64,000 nucleotides of DNA from positions 7,139 to 71,138 of the forward strand of contig JAHDCC010000019.1 of the NCBI GenBank assembly GCA_020630065.1, given 5' to 3'. Below are positions 39,108 to 48,655 of the stretch, piece by piece. This stretch comes from Acidimicrobiales bacterium. Its GTDB lineage: Bacteria > Actinomycetota > Acidimicrobiia > Acidimicrobiales > SZUA-35. How positions within the stretch are numbered: position 1 is the first letter of the stretch; each line of letters begins with the position of its first letter. The notes under the pieces are model-generated. The model was not told the origin of the DNA. It saw nothing but the letters and a program-made list of their open reading frames with translations, and made no database searches. The translations under genes were made by a program, and so were the position numbers.

Positions 39108-41591
39108 TTAAGGGTTCTCGGGCCAGTCATGTTTGGGGTAACGACCCTTCATATCTTTTCGTACATCGTGCCAGCTACCAGACCAAAAGCCCGCCAAGTC
39201 GGATGTGGTTTGAACCGGGCGTTGTGCTGGTGATAGCAGTTCGAACGTCAACGGGACCTTCCCGCCTGCTAACGACGGTGACTCTGAAACACCAAACAGT
39301 TCCTGAACCCGCACCGACGCTATCGGCGCCGGCCCTGAATAGTCGATCGTTAGTTTACGCCCAGACGGTAGTCGATAGGACCGAGGAGCTAGCAGGTCAA
39401 GACGTTGTTTTGCTTCCCACCCCAGTTCATTTTCGAAAAGCTGCACTAGATCGATCTTTTCAAGATCTTTCCGACCAACAGCCGAAGAAAGCCAGGGCAA
39501 GAAGATTCGTTCGACATCGTTTTCTAACCCACTATCAGAAAGATCTGGTATGGCTTCATCCGGGCAGTGCTCGAAAACAAACTTGATGCGGGACTGGAGA
39601 TAGCGAGCGTTCTCATTCCAGTTAAGAAGAGCCAATTTTTGTAGCTTCAACTGATCAACCAGCGCGGCTGCGACCTCAGCGGAAGGAACGATCGTCTCTT
39701 CAACGGTCCCGAAATCCAACGCGCCTAGGCGACGTTCGACCCGTTGGCTCAGGTCATTACGAGCTTCGTCCCATCCAAAAAACCGACGCTCAACAACTTC
39801 GGCGTGAAACCCAAGCTCCACATCGATGCTGTCAATTCCCGCAGCGCGTCGAATCTGAGGGTTCCGCTTCTCACCGGCGATCTCGGCTACCACGATCATA
39901 GGTTCCAGCGCTAACGGGTCCGTCTGCGAAACCTGGGCACCCAACCCGGTCCGGAGACGGAATCGGCCACCTTTACCGCCACGATTCTGACCAATCCGAT
40001 CCGGGTACGCCAAAGCCAGTGTCCGGCCGAGATCACTTGGCTGGACGGAGCTTTTGCTCGCTCCGACACGTTTAGCGATATCTGTTGCTCTCGATCGAAC
40101 TGTTTTGATCGCCCGTCCGTCCGCTGCCGGAACATATTTCGATGCGGACTCGATCAACTCGACACGAGTCCACAAATCTGATGGGCGATCAACAGGACGG
40201 CCGCCAATGACATCACGTTCACTCAATAGCGCAGCAAGTACACACGCCGTCCAACCCATCGGGCCATCGCCCGAGGCCGCAACCATAGCCGCCAACCTAG
40301 GAGGCAAAGGAAGACGCAACATTTCTCGCCCAGCCGAAGTAATGCGCCCAGAGCTATCTAAGGCTCCGAGCATCGTCAAGACCTGCGACGCTTCATCTAA
40401 TGCCTTCGACGTTGGGATATCCAACAGTTTGAGTTCTGTCAACGAACCCACTCCCCATGCGGCGGCTTCGAGAGTCGCACTGGCCAAGTCGATATGTGTT
40501 ATTTCGGGTTTGTCATGCCGTCGACGCGCTGCGTGCTCTGATTTTGACCAAAGCCGGATAGCCACGCCGGGACCAAGACGGCCAGCTCGCCCAGAACGCT
40601 GCTCGGCAGATGCCCGCGAGTGTTCCACGGTCATCAATTTGTTTAGCCCTGTAGTCGGGTCGAACCGTGGTCGTCGAGCTACCCCAGCGTCGATGACGAC
40701 CCCTATTCCTTCTACGGTCAAAGACGTCTCAGCTACATCGGTCGCCACGATCACGCGTCGCCTTGTCGGGTCGAACCGTAGCGCCTCATCCTGAGCGGTC
40801 GAATCGAGCGCGCCGTAGAGCGGTAACGCCACAATGTCATTTCGATTGTCGGAAAGGGTGCTCACTACCCGACGAATCTCGCCGATCCCAGGCAAGAAAA
40901 CCAGTACATCTCCTGGTTCGGATAACGCGACATCCACAGCGGCTACAACTACGTCTTCGAGACGTTGCCGTTTCTTACGAGGCCTCCAGCGAATCGTTAC
41001 CGGATGGGTTCGGCCTGGGCAATCCACAATAGGGGCTGGATCGCCTGTGCCTATGAGGTCAGCGACCTTTTGAGCGTCGATCGTGGCTGACATGACCAAG
41101 ATCCGCAGGTCGTGCCGAATGGTGTCGGCGACGTCCAGCGTGAACGCCAAACCCATATCGGCGTGAACACTTCGTTCATGAAATTCGTCGAATATGACTA
41201 CACCAACCCCCAAAAGCTCGGGGTCTCGCTGAAGACGGGCGGTGAGAATACCTTCGGTGACGACTTCGATCCGTGTCGACGCGCTCACTTTCGCATCGTC
41301 ACGGGTTCGGTACCCAACGAGATCACCAATCCGAGTTCCCGCTAGCTCGGCCATACGCCGCGCCACCGAACGGGCGGCTACCCGACGGGGCTCTAGAACC
41401 AGGATCCGTTGTCCAGCCAACCATGGTTCATCTAAGAGCCGCAGCGGCACGATCGTGGATTTACCTGCACCAGGCTCTGCCACCAGAACAGCTCGTTTGG
41501 GGTCCACGAGATGTCCCCGAAGCTCAGGAATTGCTTGTTCAATCGGAAGATCTGTGGGAAGAGGTTGCGCAACCATAGCGAACTCCGACAC
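39108..41591 (-). CDS. hrpB: ATP-dependent RNA helicase HrpB (DEAH-box)
   Basis: Motif I GAGKST, motif II DEFHER, SAT, and QRSGRAGR. The 827-aa length includes an HrpB-type C-terminal domain. Confidence 0.85.
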   Translation of the reverse strand: MSEFAMVAQPLPTDLPIEQAIPELRGHLVDPKRAVLVAEPGAGKSTIVPLRLLDEPWLAGQRILVLEPRRVAARSVARRMAELAGTRIGDLVGYRTRDDAKVSASTRIEVVTEGILTARLQRDPELLGVGVVIFDEFHERSVHADMGLAFTLDVADTIRHDLRILVMSATIDAQKVADLIGTGDPAPIVDCPGRTHPVTIRWRPRKKRQRLEDVVVAAVDVALSEPGDVLVFLPGIGEIRRVVSTLSDNRNDIVALPLYGALDSTAQDEALRFDPTRRRVIVATDVAETSLTVEGIGVVIDAGVARRPRFDPTTGLNKLMTVEHSRASAEQRSGRAGRLGPGVAIRLWSKSEHAARRRHDKPEITHIDLASATLEAAAWGVGSLTELKLLDIPTSKALDEASQVLTMLGALDSSGRITSAGREMLRLPLPPRLAAMVAASGDGPMGWTACVLAALLSERDVIGGRPVDRPSDLWTRVELIESASKYVPAADGRAIKTVRSRATDIAKRVGASKSSVQPSDLGRTLALAYPDRIGQNRGGKGGRFRLRTGLGAQVSQTDPLALEPMIVVAEIAGEKRNPQIRRAAGIDSIDVELGFHAEVVERRFFGWDEARNDLSQRVERRLGALDFGTVEETIVPSAEVAAALVDQLKLQKLALLNWNENARYLQSRIKFVFEHCPDEAIPDLSDSGLENDVERIFLPWLSSAVGRKDLEKIDLVQLFENELGWEAKQRLDLLAPRSYRLPSGRKLTIDYSGPAPIASVRVQELFGVSESPSLAGGKVPLTFELLSPAQRPVQTTSDLAGFWSGSWHDVRKDMKGRYPKHDWPENP

Positions 41592-41599
41592 TAGCCAAC

Positions 41600-41655
41600 C
41601 AAAAACGAAACCGGGCCGACCTGGCGTATCAATCGAGATACACCGAGGTCGACCC
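41600..41655 (-). terminator. Probable intrinsic terminator after glnK
   Basis: On the minus strand, an imperfect long hairpin (GGGTCGACCTCGGTGTATC...GATACGCCAGGTCGGCCC) is followed by GGTTTCGTTTTTGG. Confidence 0.5.
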
Positions 41656-41685
41656 AGTCAAACAAATATTGTTGATTCGATAAAG

Positions 41686-42024
41686 CTAGACGGCTTCTTC
41701 GCCGGTTTCGCCAGTTCGGATTCGAGTGAGGGATTCGACTGGAACAACCCAGATCTTTCCATCACCGATTTTTCCGGTCTGAGCTGCTTCGCTAATCGTT
41801 TCAGTCACCAAAGCGACCTGGTCGTCAGCTGCAACAACTTCGACTTTAGCCTTTGGGTTGAAGTCGATTTTGTACTCTGCGCCACGGTAGGTTTCGGTGT
41901 GGCCACCCTGACGTCCGAAACCTTTGGCTTCAGTGACCGTCAGGCCAGTTACGTCAATTCCCTGCAAGGCAGTTTTGATATCTTCTACCTTGTGTGGTTT
42001 AACTATCGCTGTAATTAGTTTCAT
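41686..42024 (-). CDS. glnK: Nitrogen regulatory protein P-II
   Basis: MKLITAIVKPHKVEDIK... with the T-loop GRQGGHTETYRGAEY (modifiable Tyr51). 112 aa, immediately downstream of amt. Confidence 0.95.
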   Translation of the reverse strand: MKLITAIVKPHKVEDIKTALQGIDVTGLTVTEAKGFGRQGGHTETYRGAEYKIDFNPKAKVEVVAADDQVALVTETISEAAQTGKIGDGKIWVVPVESLTRIRTGETGEEAV

Positions 42025-42052
42025 AGTTGACTCCTCTGCGTCATTGACGGAC

Positions 42053-43474
42053 CTAAGACCCTACACCTACAAGATTGTCTGCTGGACCGTAGCCTGGCGT
42101 ACCATGTTCTGACACGTCAAGACCAGCGGTTTCTTCTTCAGCATCAACACGTAGCAAGCCAGCTGTCTTCAGTACGAAGAATAGCGCACCAGCAGCGATT
42201 GTGACAAAGACTGCGATAGCTACCAAGCCGATTAGCTGGGTAACAAGCAGCGAAGCGCCGCCACCGTAGAGCAGGCCAGCGGCCTCGTCGGCACCATTTA
42301 CAGAACTGGTGGTCGCTAGCAGACCTGTAGCTATAAGACCCCATGCGCCGCACACACCGTGTACAGAGAATGCGCCGACCGGGTCGTCGATGCCGAGGCG
42401 TTCGATGAACAGAACAGATACGACGACGAGGATGCCGGCAACAGCGCCGGTGACAAGGGTTCCGATGGCATTGAATTCGCCGATTCCAGAACAGATTGCT
42501 ACCAATCCAGCGAGGATGCCGTTACCCGTCATCGAGACGTCTGGCTTACCCATGGCCAGCCATGAAGTAGCCAATGCAAAGACGCCACCAGCGGCAGCAG
42601 CAAATGCGGTTAGGACAGCGATTACGGGAACCGCCATGTCAGCTTGAAGTTCTGATCCTGGGTTAAACCCGAACCAACCGATGAACAGAATCAATACACC
42701 GGTGATGGCCATTGGAATACTGTGACCTGGCATAGCTTGTGGCTTGTTATCTTTGAATTTACCAATACGTGGGCCGATAATGATGGCCCCCATCAACGCT
42801 GCGAAACCGCCGGTCATATGTACAAGACCTGAACCAGCAAAGTCCACAAAGCCGGTATCAAGTGATGACAAGAAGCCACCGCCCCACTGCCAGCTAACAA
42901 CGATTGGGTAGATCAAACCGGTCAACACAACAGAGTAAAGGATGTAGCCAACGAACTTGGTTCGACCGGCAACCGCACCAGAAACAATCGTTGCCGCTGT
43001 GGCCGCAAACGCAGCCTGGAAGAAGAAATCAACAGGAACCGCTAGCGGATAAAAGTCATCACTCGCAAGCGCTTCTGGGCTGATATCAACCAGATTGTTG
43101 GACAGAACACCATCGACGCCGAATCCGGCAAACCCGATGTATCCCCCGAAGTCGCCCGGGTAGGCGATCGAGAATCCGATAAGGGCGAACATCAACACAC
43201 CAATGCTGACGTCAACCATGTTCTTCATCATGATGTTGGCTGCGTTCTTGGCCCGGGTTAGCCCTGCTTCAACCAAGGCGAACCCTGGCTGCATTAGGAA
43301 CACGAGGACACCCGAGATAAAGATATAAATGTTGTCCAGAACTACCATGTTCATCGCAGCTGAGGGTTCAGTGCGATCATATTGTTCTGCTACGTCTTGA
43401 GCTGCGGCAGGGTCACTAAGCAGGAAACTCAGCCCGCCCATTACCGCAAACGCTAATAGCGTTTTTCGTTTCAC
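42053..43474 (-). CDS. amt: Ammonium transporter (Amt family) with an N-terminal signal peptide
   Basis: 473-aa protein with 11-12 TM segments. Motifs FAATAATIVSGAVAGR, DFAGSGLVHMTGG and DDPVGAFSVHGVCGAWG are typical of Amt/MEP. Confidence 0.9.
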   Translation of the reverse strand: MKRKTLLAFAVMGGLSFLLSDPAAAQDVAEQYDRTEPSAAMNMVVLDNIYIFISGVLVFLMQPGFALVEAGLTRAKNAANIMMKNMVDVSIGVLMFALIGFSIAYPGDFGGYIGFAGFGVDGVLSNNLVDISPEALASDDFYPLAVPVDFFFQAAFAATAATIVSGAVAGRTKFVGYILYSVVLTGLIYPIVVSWQWGGGFLSSLDTGFVDFAGSGLVHMTGGFAALMGAIIIGPRIGKFKDNKPQAMPGHSIPMAITGVLILFIGWFGFNPGSELQADMAVPVIAVLTAFAAAAGGVFALATSWLAMGKPDVSMTGNGILAGLVAICSGIGEFNAIGTLVTGAVAGILVVVSVLFIERLGIDDPVGAFSVHGVCGAWGLIATGLLATTSSVNGADEAAGLLYGGGASLLVTQLIGLVAIAVFVTIAAGALFFVLKTAGLLRVDAEEETAGLDVSEHGTPGYGPADNLVGVGS

Positions 43475-43604
43475 ATTATCTCCCTAGAGTTTCTCCGGAT
43501 CAGACTTTTCTGAGCCGTACCACGAAGCGGGCCGCACTGACCGCCGCAATCCACCGCCGAGGTGGGTGCTGTGTCCAACGCTAGGGTTCGAATATTTCTG
43601 CTCT

Positions 43605-43621
43605 GTTTCCTGAGTGTTAAC
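43605..43621 (-). promoter_or_regulatory. Candidate GlnR box upstream of amt-glnK
   Basis: The minus strand reads GTTAAC-ACTCAG-GAAAC, which matches the actinobacterial GlnR half-site pattern gTnAc-n6-GaAAc. It lies about 130 nt upstream of the amt ATG. Confidence 0.35.
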
Positions 43622-44067
43622 TCTCTCGCGGCAAGAAATGCTTTGTGAGTTTGAGGGCGACTCACGTTCTTCACGAGGCGTTAGTGGCTTGACCTTAGAT
43701 GTCAAAGCCGAACATAGGTGACCGTAGCACAGGTTTAACTCCTGGAGATAGTCATGTCCTGTCACTTGTCCTGTCATCAACCTGACCAGGCACCAATTCC
43801 CGGGACCCCACGACCCTCCCACCTGCAAAGATGACAGAAATATTACATATGTGTGCGGGTTAGCACGCTAAACCGGTGTGACGAATGAGTAAGCGCACCC
43901 AAATTTCTCTCCCGATTTCGACGAATTCACCCACCGTTGTTTCTTGTTAGTAACGACCCCCCACGACATTTATGTAGCTACTTGTAGAAGGTATGATTGT
44001 CCACCTTGGGAGGATGATCACTGGATCATCAAATGCGTGACCCAACTAAAGGGAGGTCCGGGTCCTT

Positions 44068-44559
44068 ATGGCTCTAACGAAACGAAACATCAAGCGAGTA
44101 ACCGTCGGTCTTGCTGCCGCTTCAACCATGGCATTTGCGGGCGTAAACCCAGCCTTTGCCGCAGAAGAAAGCGCTGAAGCATCAACCGATACAACAGTCG
44201 CTCCAACCGAAACAACCGCAGCTCCAACCGAAACTACTGAAGCAGCGGCAAAAGGTCATGCTCTCGAGCTTGACCTGACGGCTGGAACCACATGTGTTGT
44301 GACCATCCGCAACCAGTTCAGTGTCCATCCAGACACCGATGTTGAAGTAACGGTCGGAGACAAAGTCTACGTTCTAAGCGACGTCGAGGCCGACCCTGAC
44401 AAAGTCACCACAAGCGAACCGATCACGGTAGGCGACGCTGGTGCATCAGTATTCGTCAAGTACGGACCTGACGGCAAGTCAAGCCTGGGCGAAGACAACG
44501 TAAGCTGCGAGGCACCTAAGCCTGCTCCGGTAGTGGCCACACCAACCTACACCGGTTAA
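44068..44559 (+). CDS. Secreted protein of unknown function (signal peptide, Thr-rich repeats)
   Basis: Signal peptide ...AFAGVNPAFAAEE. Short repeat TTVAPTETTAAPTETTEA. A GGGAGG RBS lies upstream. Confidence 0.6.
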   Translation: MALTKRNIKRVTVGLAAASTMAFAGVNPAFAAEESAEASTDTTVAPTETTAAPTETTEAAAKGHALELDLTAGTTCVVTIRNQFSVHPDTDVEVTVGDKVYVLSDVEADPDKVTTSEPITVGDAGASVFVKYGPDGKSSLGEDNVSCEAPKPAPVVATPTYTG

Positions 44560-44579
44560 TTCCAAGCTTTAACATTCTG

Positions 44580-45392
44580 ATGGTTACTAGAAGACTACGT
44601 ACCACGGCCGCGGCGGTTGCTCTTGTTGCAACCGCCGCTGGTTGTTCCGGGCCTGAAATAGGCTACGAAGAGATCCAGCCGGCGAGTGACAATACCGCCG
44701 AAGCGACCGAGACACCAGCTTTTGACGTCTCCGGCCCAGACGGCGCAACTCAGGTCAACCGTGAGATTCTTGACTCGACATTCGTGGCTACCGTCATCGG
44801 CAGCCAAATAACTGCGTATTCAGAAGCTTCTACCGAATCAGAACCGGTTGCATCATTCGACAGCCCAAACACCTACGGTGACGTTGCTGGAAACGCGGTG
44901 ACGTTCCAATCAATAAACCACAACAGCCGACCTGCCGGATGGGTCCAGGTACTGTTACCGATCCGCCCTAACGGTTCCGTCGGATGGGTCCAAGAATCCG
45001 AAGTCACCCTAGTCGAAAACTCGTACCGAATCGAAGTTGATCGAGCCAGCCATGAACTTCGGCTCTACGAACGAGGCGAGTTAACCAAAACCTCACCCGT
45101 CGCAATCGGGACCGGCGACACGCCAACACCAACCGGGTCGTTCTATATTCACGAGCTACTTCAACCTCCCACCCCAGACGGCCCATACGGCACTTTTGCG
45201 TACGGTTTGTCCGGATTTAGCGAAACTCTTGAAGAGTTCAACGGTGGGAACGGCGTAGTTGGTATTCACGGCACCAACGATCCATCGACGATCGGCTCAG
45301 ACGTCAGTCACGGATGTATCCGACTTGAGAACGAAGTGATCGAAGAATTGGTCAACTCGATTCCGCTCGGCACGCCGGTCTACATCACCTAA
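44580..45392 (+). CDS. L,D-transpeptidase (YkuD domain) lipoprotein
   Basis: Lipobox LVATAAGC. The C-terminal YkuD catalytic motif is HGTNDPSTIGSDVSHGCIRL. Confidence 0.85.
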   Translation: MVTRRLRTTAAAVALVATAAGCSGPEIGYEEIQPASDNTAEATETPAFDVSGPDGATQVNREILDSTFVATVIGSQITAYSEASTESEPVASFDSPNTYGDVAGNAVTFQSINHNSRPAGWVQVLLPIRPNGSVGWVQESEVTLVENSYRIEVDRASHELRLYERGELTKTSPVAIGTGDTPTPTGSFYIHELLQPPTPDGPYGTFAYGLSGFSETLEEFNGGNGVVGIHGTNDPSTIGSDVSHGCIRLENEVIEELVNSIPLGTPVYIT

Positions 45393-45447
45393 CACTCGGC
45401 CGACAGTTCGCCTGCGAACTAGACAAACCTGAACTAGGGTCACGTCA

Positions 45448-46887
45448 ATGCAGACTTTTCCCGAAACAGCGAACGAGTCCGGTACTCGCCTTTGGCGTAC
45501 CCTTGGTGTCGCTGGGCTGGCTGCATTATTGCTCGGCACAGTCCCCAGTTCAACAGTCAACCTCGCAAACGATTCACGACCTTCGGGATGTAACACGTCT
45601 ACCACTGTCGGTCTTACCCAAACGGCTGACCCGTTCGACCTGGCAGTGCAAGTCTTCCCATGCGCCGAACATGTGGTAGTCGTTCCCGAAACGGCAAGCC
45701 ACGAACGGCTTCAAACAGCAGTCGTGCTGGCGATTTCGCATGAAGCCCCGCTGTTCATTTCGTCGCCCAAAACTCGACCAGATATCTTAGACGTGATCGA
45801 CAGGCTCAACGCCAAGGTCGTGGCCGTTCCGGACGATAACTCCGAACAGGGATCTGAGAAAACCATCAACGCTGCGATTCGTACACCGGCCGCCGACAAA
45901 ACCTACGTCTTGCCGACCAGGCCAACAGCAGATCAGATGGCGCTCATACCCTCGCTGGTCGCTTCCGGCATCAACGTAGTATTAGCAAAGCCTGGTGACG
46001 AAGACCGAGCCAACGAAATCGTGAAATCTCCGACAGTAGTCTTTTCGCCTGATTTCAACCCGACCGACCGGTGGCTTCTCCAACGTGACCAGATATTACC
46101 TGGCGGCGGTTTCCGCCTTTTCCCTGATCGTCGAATCGTGGCCCTCTACGGCCATCCGGGCGCTCCCGTGCTGGGTTTGCTCGGTGAGCAAGGACCACAA
46201 GCAGCTAGCGACCGTGTCTCGAAGATGCTACCTAGCTACGCCGAAGCTGGGGTTCCCACCATTGGTGGCTTTGAGATCATCTCCACCATCGCGACCGCCA
46301 AACCAGGCGATGATGGTAACTACTCCAAGAAGATCGACGTTGAACAGCTACGTCCTTGGATCGAGACCGCAGTCAGCCACGATCTCTACGTCATTCTCGA
46401 CCTCCAACCGGGACGAACCGACTTTTTGACTCAAGCAAAGTTGTATGAGGAATTTCTCAAACTCCCAAATGTTGGGCTTGCCCTCGACCCTGAATGGCGT
46501 CTACTCCCCGATCAGGTCCACCTACGACAGATCGGGGGTGTGGATGCTGCCGAAGTCAACCAAGTTGTGGACTATTTGGCCCAACTGGTCAGAGACAACA
46601 ATCTGCCCCAGAAAGCACTCGTTCTTCATCAATTTCAAACCTCAATGCTGCGAGACCGCTCAACGATCGAAACACCGCCTGAATTAGCGGTTGTCGTCCA
46701 CGTTGATGGCCAAGGCCCTCTGGGTTCGAAATTCGGGACGTGGGATAGTTTGCGGTCCGACCCGATCGGATCTAGTCAACAACTGTGGTGGGGCTGGAAG
46801 AACTTCATAGATGAGGACCTGCCAACGGCGACACCCCAGCAGGTCAACGACGTTACCCCTCTTCCAGTTGTTGTCACGTATCAATAA
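45448..46887 (+). CDS. Secreted protein with N-terminal CWB2-like cell-wall-binding repeats and a C-terminal putative glycoside-hydrolase-like TIM-barrel domain
   Basis: Signal/TM segment GVAGLAALLLGTV. There are two segments resembling cell-wall-binding repeat 2 (VVVVPETAS...AISHEAPLFIS; YVLPT...VASGINVVLA). The C-terminal part (LYVILDLQPG...GLALDPEW) resembles GHL-type domains. The functional call is tentative. Confidence 0.4.
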   Translation: MQTFPETANESGTRLWRTLGVAGLAALLLGTVPSSTVNLANDSRPSGCNTSTTVGLTQTADPFDLAVQVFPCAEHVVVVPETASHERLQTAVVLAISHEAPLFISSPKTRPDILDVIDRLNAKVVAVPDDNSEQGSEKTINAAIRTPAADKTYVLPTRPTADQMALIPSLVASGINVVLAKPGDEDRANEIVKSPTVVFSPDFNPTDRWLLQRDQILPGGGFRLFPDRRIVALYGHPGAPVLGLLGEQGPQAASDRVSKMLPSYAEAGVPTIGGFEIISTIATAKPGDDGNYSKKIDVEQLRPWIETAVSHDLYVILDLQPGRTDFLTQAKLYEEFLKLPNVGLALDPEWRLLPDQVHLRQIGGVDAAEVNQVVDYLAQLVRDNNLPQKALVLHQFQTSMLRDRSTIETPPELAVVVHVDGQGPLGSKFGTWDSLRSDPIGSSQQLWWGWKNFIDEDLPTATPQQVNDVTPLPVVVTYQ

Positions 46888-46889
46888 TC

Positions 46890-47990
46890 TCAGAGGCCGT
46901 CTAGAAGCCGATCGATCAGCAATACATCGACCTGGTCGACCGTTTCAAACTGCCAGCATGGATTGTTGTCTTTGGTGACAAGCGCCGATCGGACTCCGGC
47001 AGAAAAGTCCGACTCTCGTACGTATCGCTTAGACAATACTTCATCTGTTTTCAGCACCTCTACCGGCGTCCGCCCACGACTGAGGGCGAAGTACCGGTCA
47101 GCTACCACCAGGCTGGTTGGCGACACTTGTTTGAACGCTCTAGCTGAAGCGCTGAAGAAGTCGAACGTGTTGGCGAGTTCGTTGAGAGTTTCACCGAATT
47201 CGACGATGTCACCGGCTTGGCCTAGTCGTTCAAACTGGCCAAGATGCCCCTCAATATCCGACCCGTGGTCGCCGATAGAAAGCTCGGCCAGTACATCGTT
47301 GACTATTTCATGGTTATGGGCGGTGTCAGAAGTCCATGGTAGAACAGCTAACTGGTCCCAAAGAGTCAAATGATCGGTGTGGCTAACAAAGGCGGTAGCC
47401 AACCCAAACCTCATAGCGTCTGTTGAATCGATTACCATGCCGGTTACAGCGAATGTCCGCCCAACTCCTTCAGGCAGCTGAGATAGAAAGCTGCTTGAGC
47501 CAACATCGGGGTAAAACCCGATGTTTACTTCGGGCATCGCTATTGCCATGTTTGGGGTCACGATCCGATGCGATCCCGCCATTAATAGACCAAGTCCCCC
47601 ACCCATACAAACTCCGTGAGTAGACACGATGACGGGTTTTGTCCAGCGATGAAGCCGACTGTCAAGAAAGTACTCTTCGTCGAAACATTGGTCGACTTCG
47701 GCCTCATCAGAAGCCAGTAGCGCGTTACGAAGCGATACCACATCTCCTCCGGCGCAGAAACCCCGCTCGCCGACACCGGCGATGCCGAGACCGACGATGC
47801 CATCGTCGTGTTCCCAGCTGTCGAGTTGTCGATTCATCGCCGCGAACATTTGAGTATTCATCGCGTTGAGTTGGGCCGGACGGTTTAGCAAAATTAGGGC
47901 TAGTCGAAGATCTGCGCCAACTTCGCGGGTTCCGAAAATAACATTTGCGGTCGCCTCGGTTTCAGCGCCCGACGTCTCAGATGTGGTCAT
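46890..47990 (-). CDS. Crotonase-fold protein, 3-hydroxyisobutyryl-CoA hydrolase-like (ECH_2). Last gene of the biotin operon.
   Basis: FCAGGDV, GVCMGGGLGL and MPEVNIGFYPDVGSS motifs resemble the HIBCH-type oxyanion hole and catalytic region. The ATG overlaps the stop of the upstream di-iron gene (ATGA). Confidence 0.75.
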   Translation of the reverse strand: MTTSETSGAETEATANVIFGTREVGADLRLALILLNRPAQLNAMNTQMFAAMNRQLDSWEHDDGIVGLGIAGVGERGFCAGGDVVSLRNALLASDEAEVDQCFDEEYFLDSRLHRWTKPVIVSTHGVCMGGGLGLLMAGSHRIVTPNMAIAMPEVNIGFYPDVGSSSFLSQLPEGVGRTFAVTGMVIDSTDAMRFGLATAFVSHTDHLTLWDQLAVLPWTSDTAHNHEIVNDVLAELSIGDHGSDIEGHLGQFERLGQAGDIVEFGETLNELANTFDFFSASARAFKQVSPTSLVVADRYFALSRGRTPVEVLKTDEVLSKRYVRESDFSAGVRSALVTKDNNPCWQFETVDQVDVLLIDRLLDGL

Positions 47991-48655
47991 GTTCTACTGT
48001 CTTGAGTCTCTGCTTGGATCGCTGTCAACCAATTTGAGAAAATCTCTTGCTCAATCTCGCAGACCTTTTCAAGCCACCACTGAGGGTCTTCGAATTGTTG
48101 AGCGACAGTGTCAGCCATCTCGGCAAGATGGTTTTCTTCGTCTACCAAGATGGTGCGAACCGAAACCTCGCTCTTGTGGTCTTTCAAGAGTCGCTCGTAG
48201 TTGCCGTACAATAAATCGGCTTTCACCTCAATGGCATAGGTGACAAGAACGTAGCATGCCGAGCGGAGGTCCTGTCCGACTAACTCAAGTTCGGTCTTTA
48301 CCAGTCTGGACACCGCCGTATCCAACTTATGTAGATATTGTCGGGTAGCCGTCGGTGCCACCAGGTACGCGGGTTCGTAAGTGGGGCAAGCCACAGACGG
48401 CAGCTTTCGGATCTGTCTTTTAAGGTACCAGGCGTGCCGAGACTCTTCGACGGTATGCCGCAGTATCTGTTCGGTAACCAACTCGGGGTGTTGGGCCGCC
48501 GATATTTTTCTCGCACCAGAGTTCTCTAGAAACGAAAGCGAATTCAACCACCGACCATGAAGCGAGTCATCGGCAACGATAACGGAGATTAGTTCAACGA
48601 GTTGCCCCAGCTGATCTACTTCACTGTGGTTGACGTTTTCGTTTCTGGTGTTCAC
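47987..48655 (-). CDS. Ferritin-like di-iron carboxylate protein of unknown function, embedded in the biotin operon
   Basis: 222-aa protein. Candidate ligands are E44 (FLENSG), E71-x2-H74 (VEESRH), E143 (AIEVKA) and E173-x2-H176 (DEENH), at spacings of 27 and 30 residues. The GTG start overlaps the bioA stop (GTGA). Confidence 0.6.
   Translation of the reverse strand: MNTRNENVNHSEVDQLGQLVELISVIVADDSLHGRWLNSLSFLENSGARKISAAQHPELVTEQILRHTVEESRHAWYLKRQIRKLPSVACPTYEPAYLVAPTATRQYLHKLDTAVSRLVKTELELVGQDLRSACYVLVTYAIEVKADLLYGNYERLLKDHKSEVSVRTILVDEENHLAEMADTVAQQFEDPQWWLEKVCEIEQEIFSNWLTAIQAETQDSRT

Noticed and set aside
40054-42018. Long plus-strand ORFs (246 aa at 40054-40794; 258 aa at 41242-42018) antisense to hrpB and glnK
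   Set aside because: They overlap strongly supported minus-strand genes (DEAH helicase, P-II). Their Arg/Ser/Ala-rich low-complexity translations have no recognisable motifs, so they are shadow ORFs.
43484-43828. 114-aa and 67-aa minus-strand ORFs upstream of amt
   Set aside because: They overlap each other in different frames. They have no RBS, motif or hydrophobic pattern, so they are more likely non-coding leader or promoter DNA.
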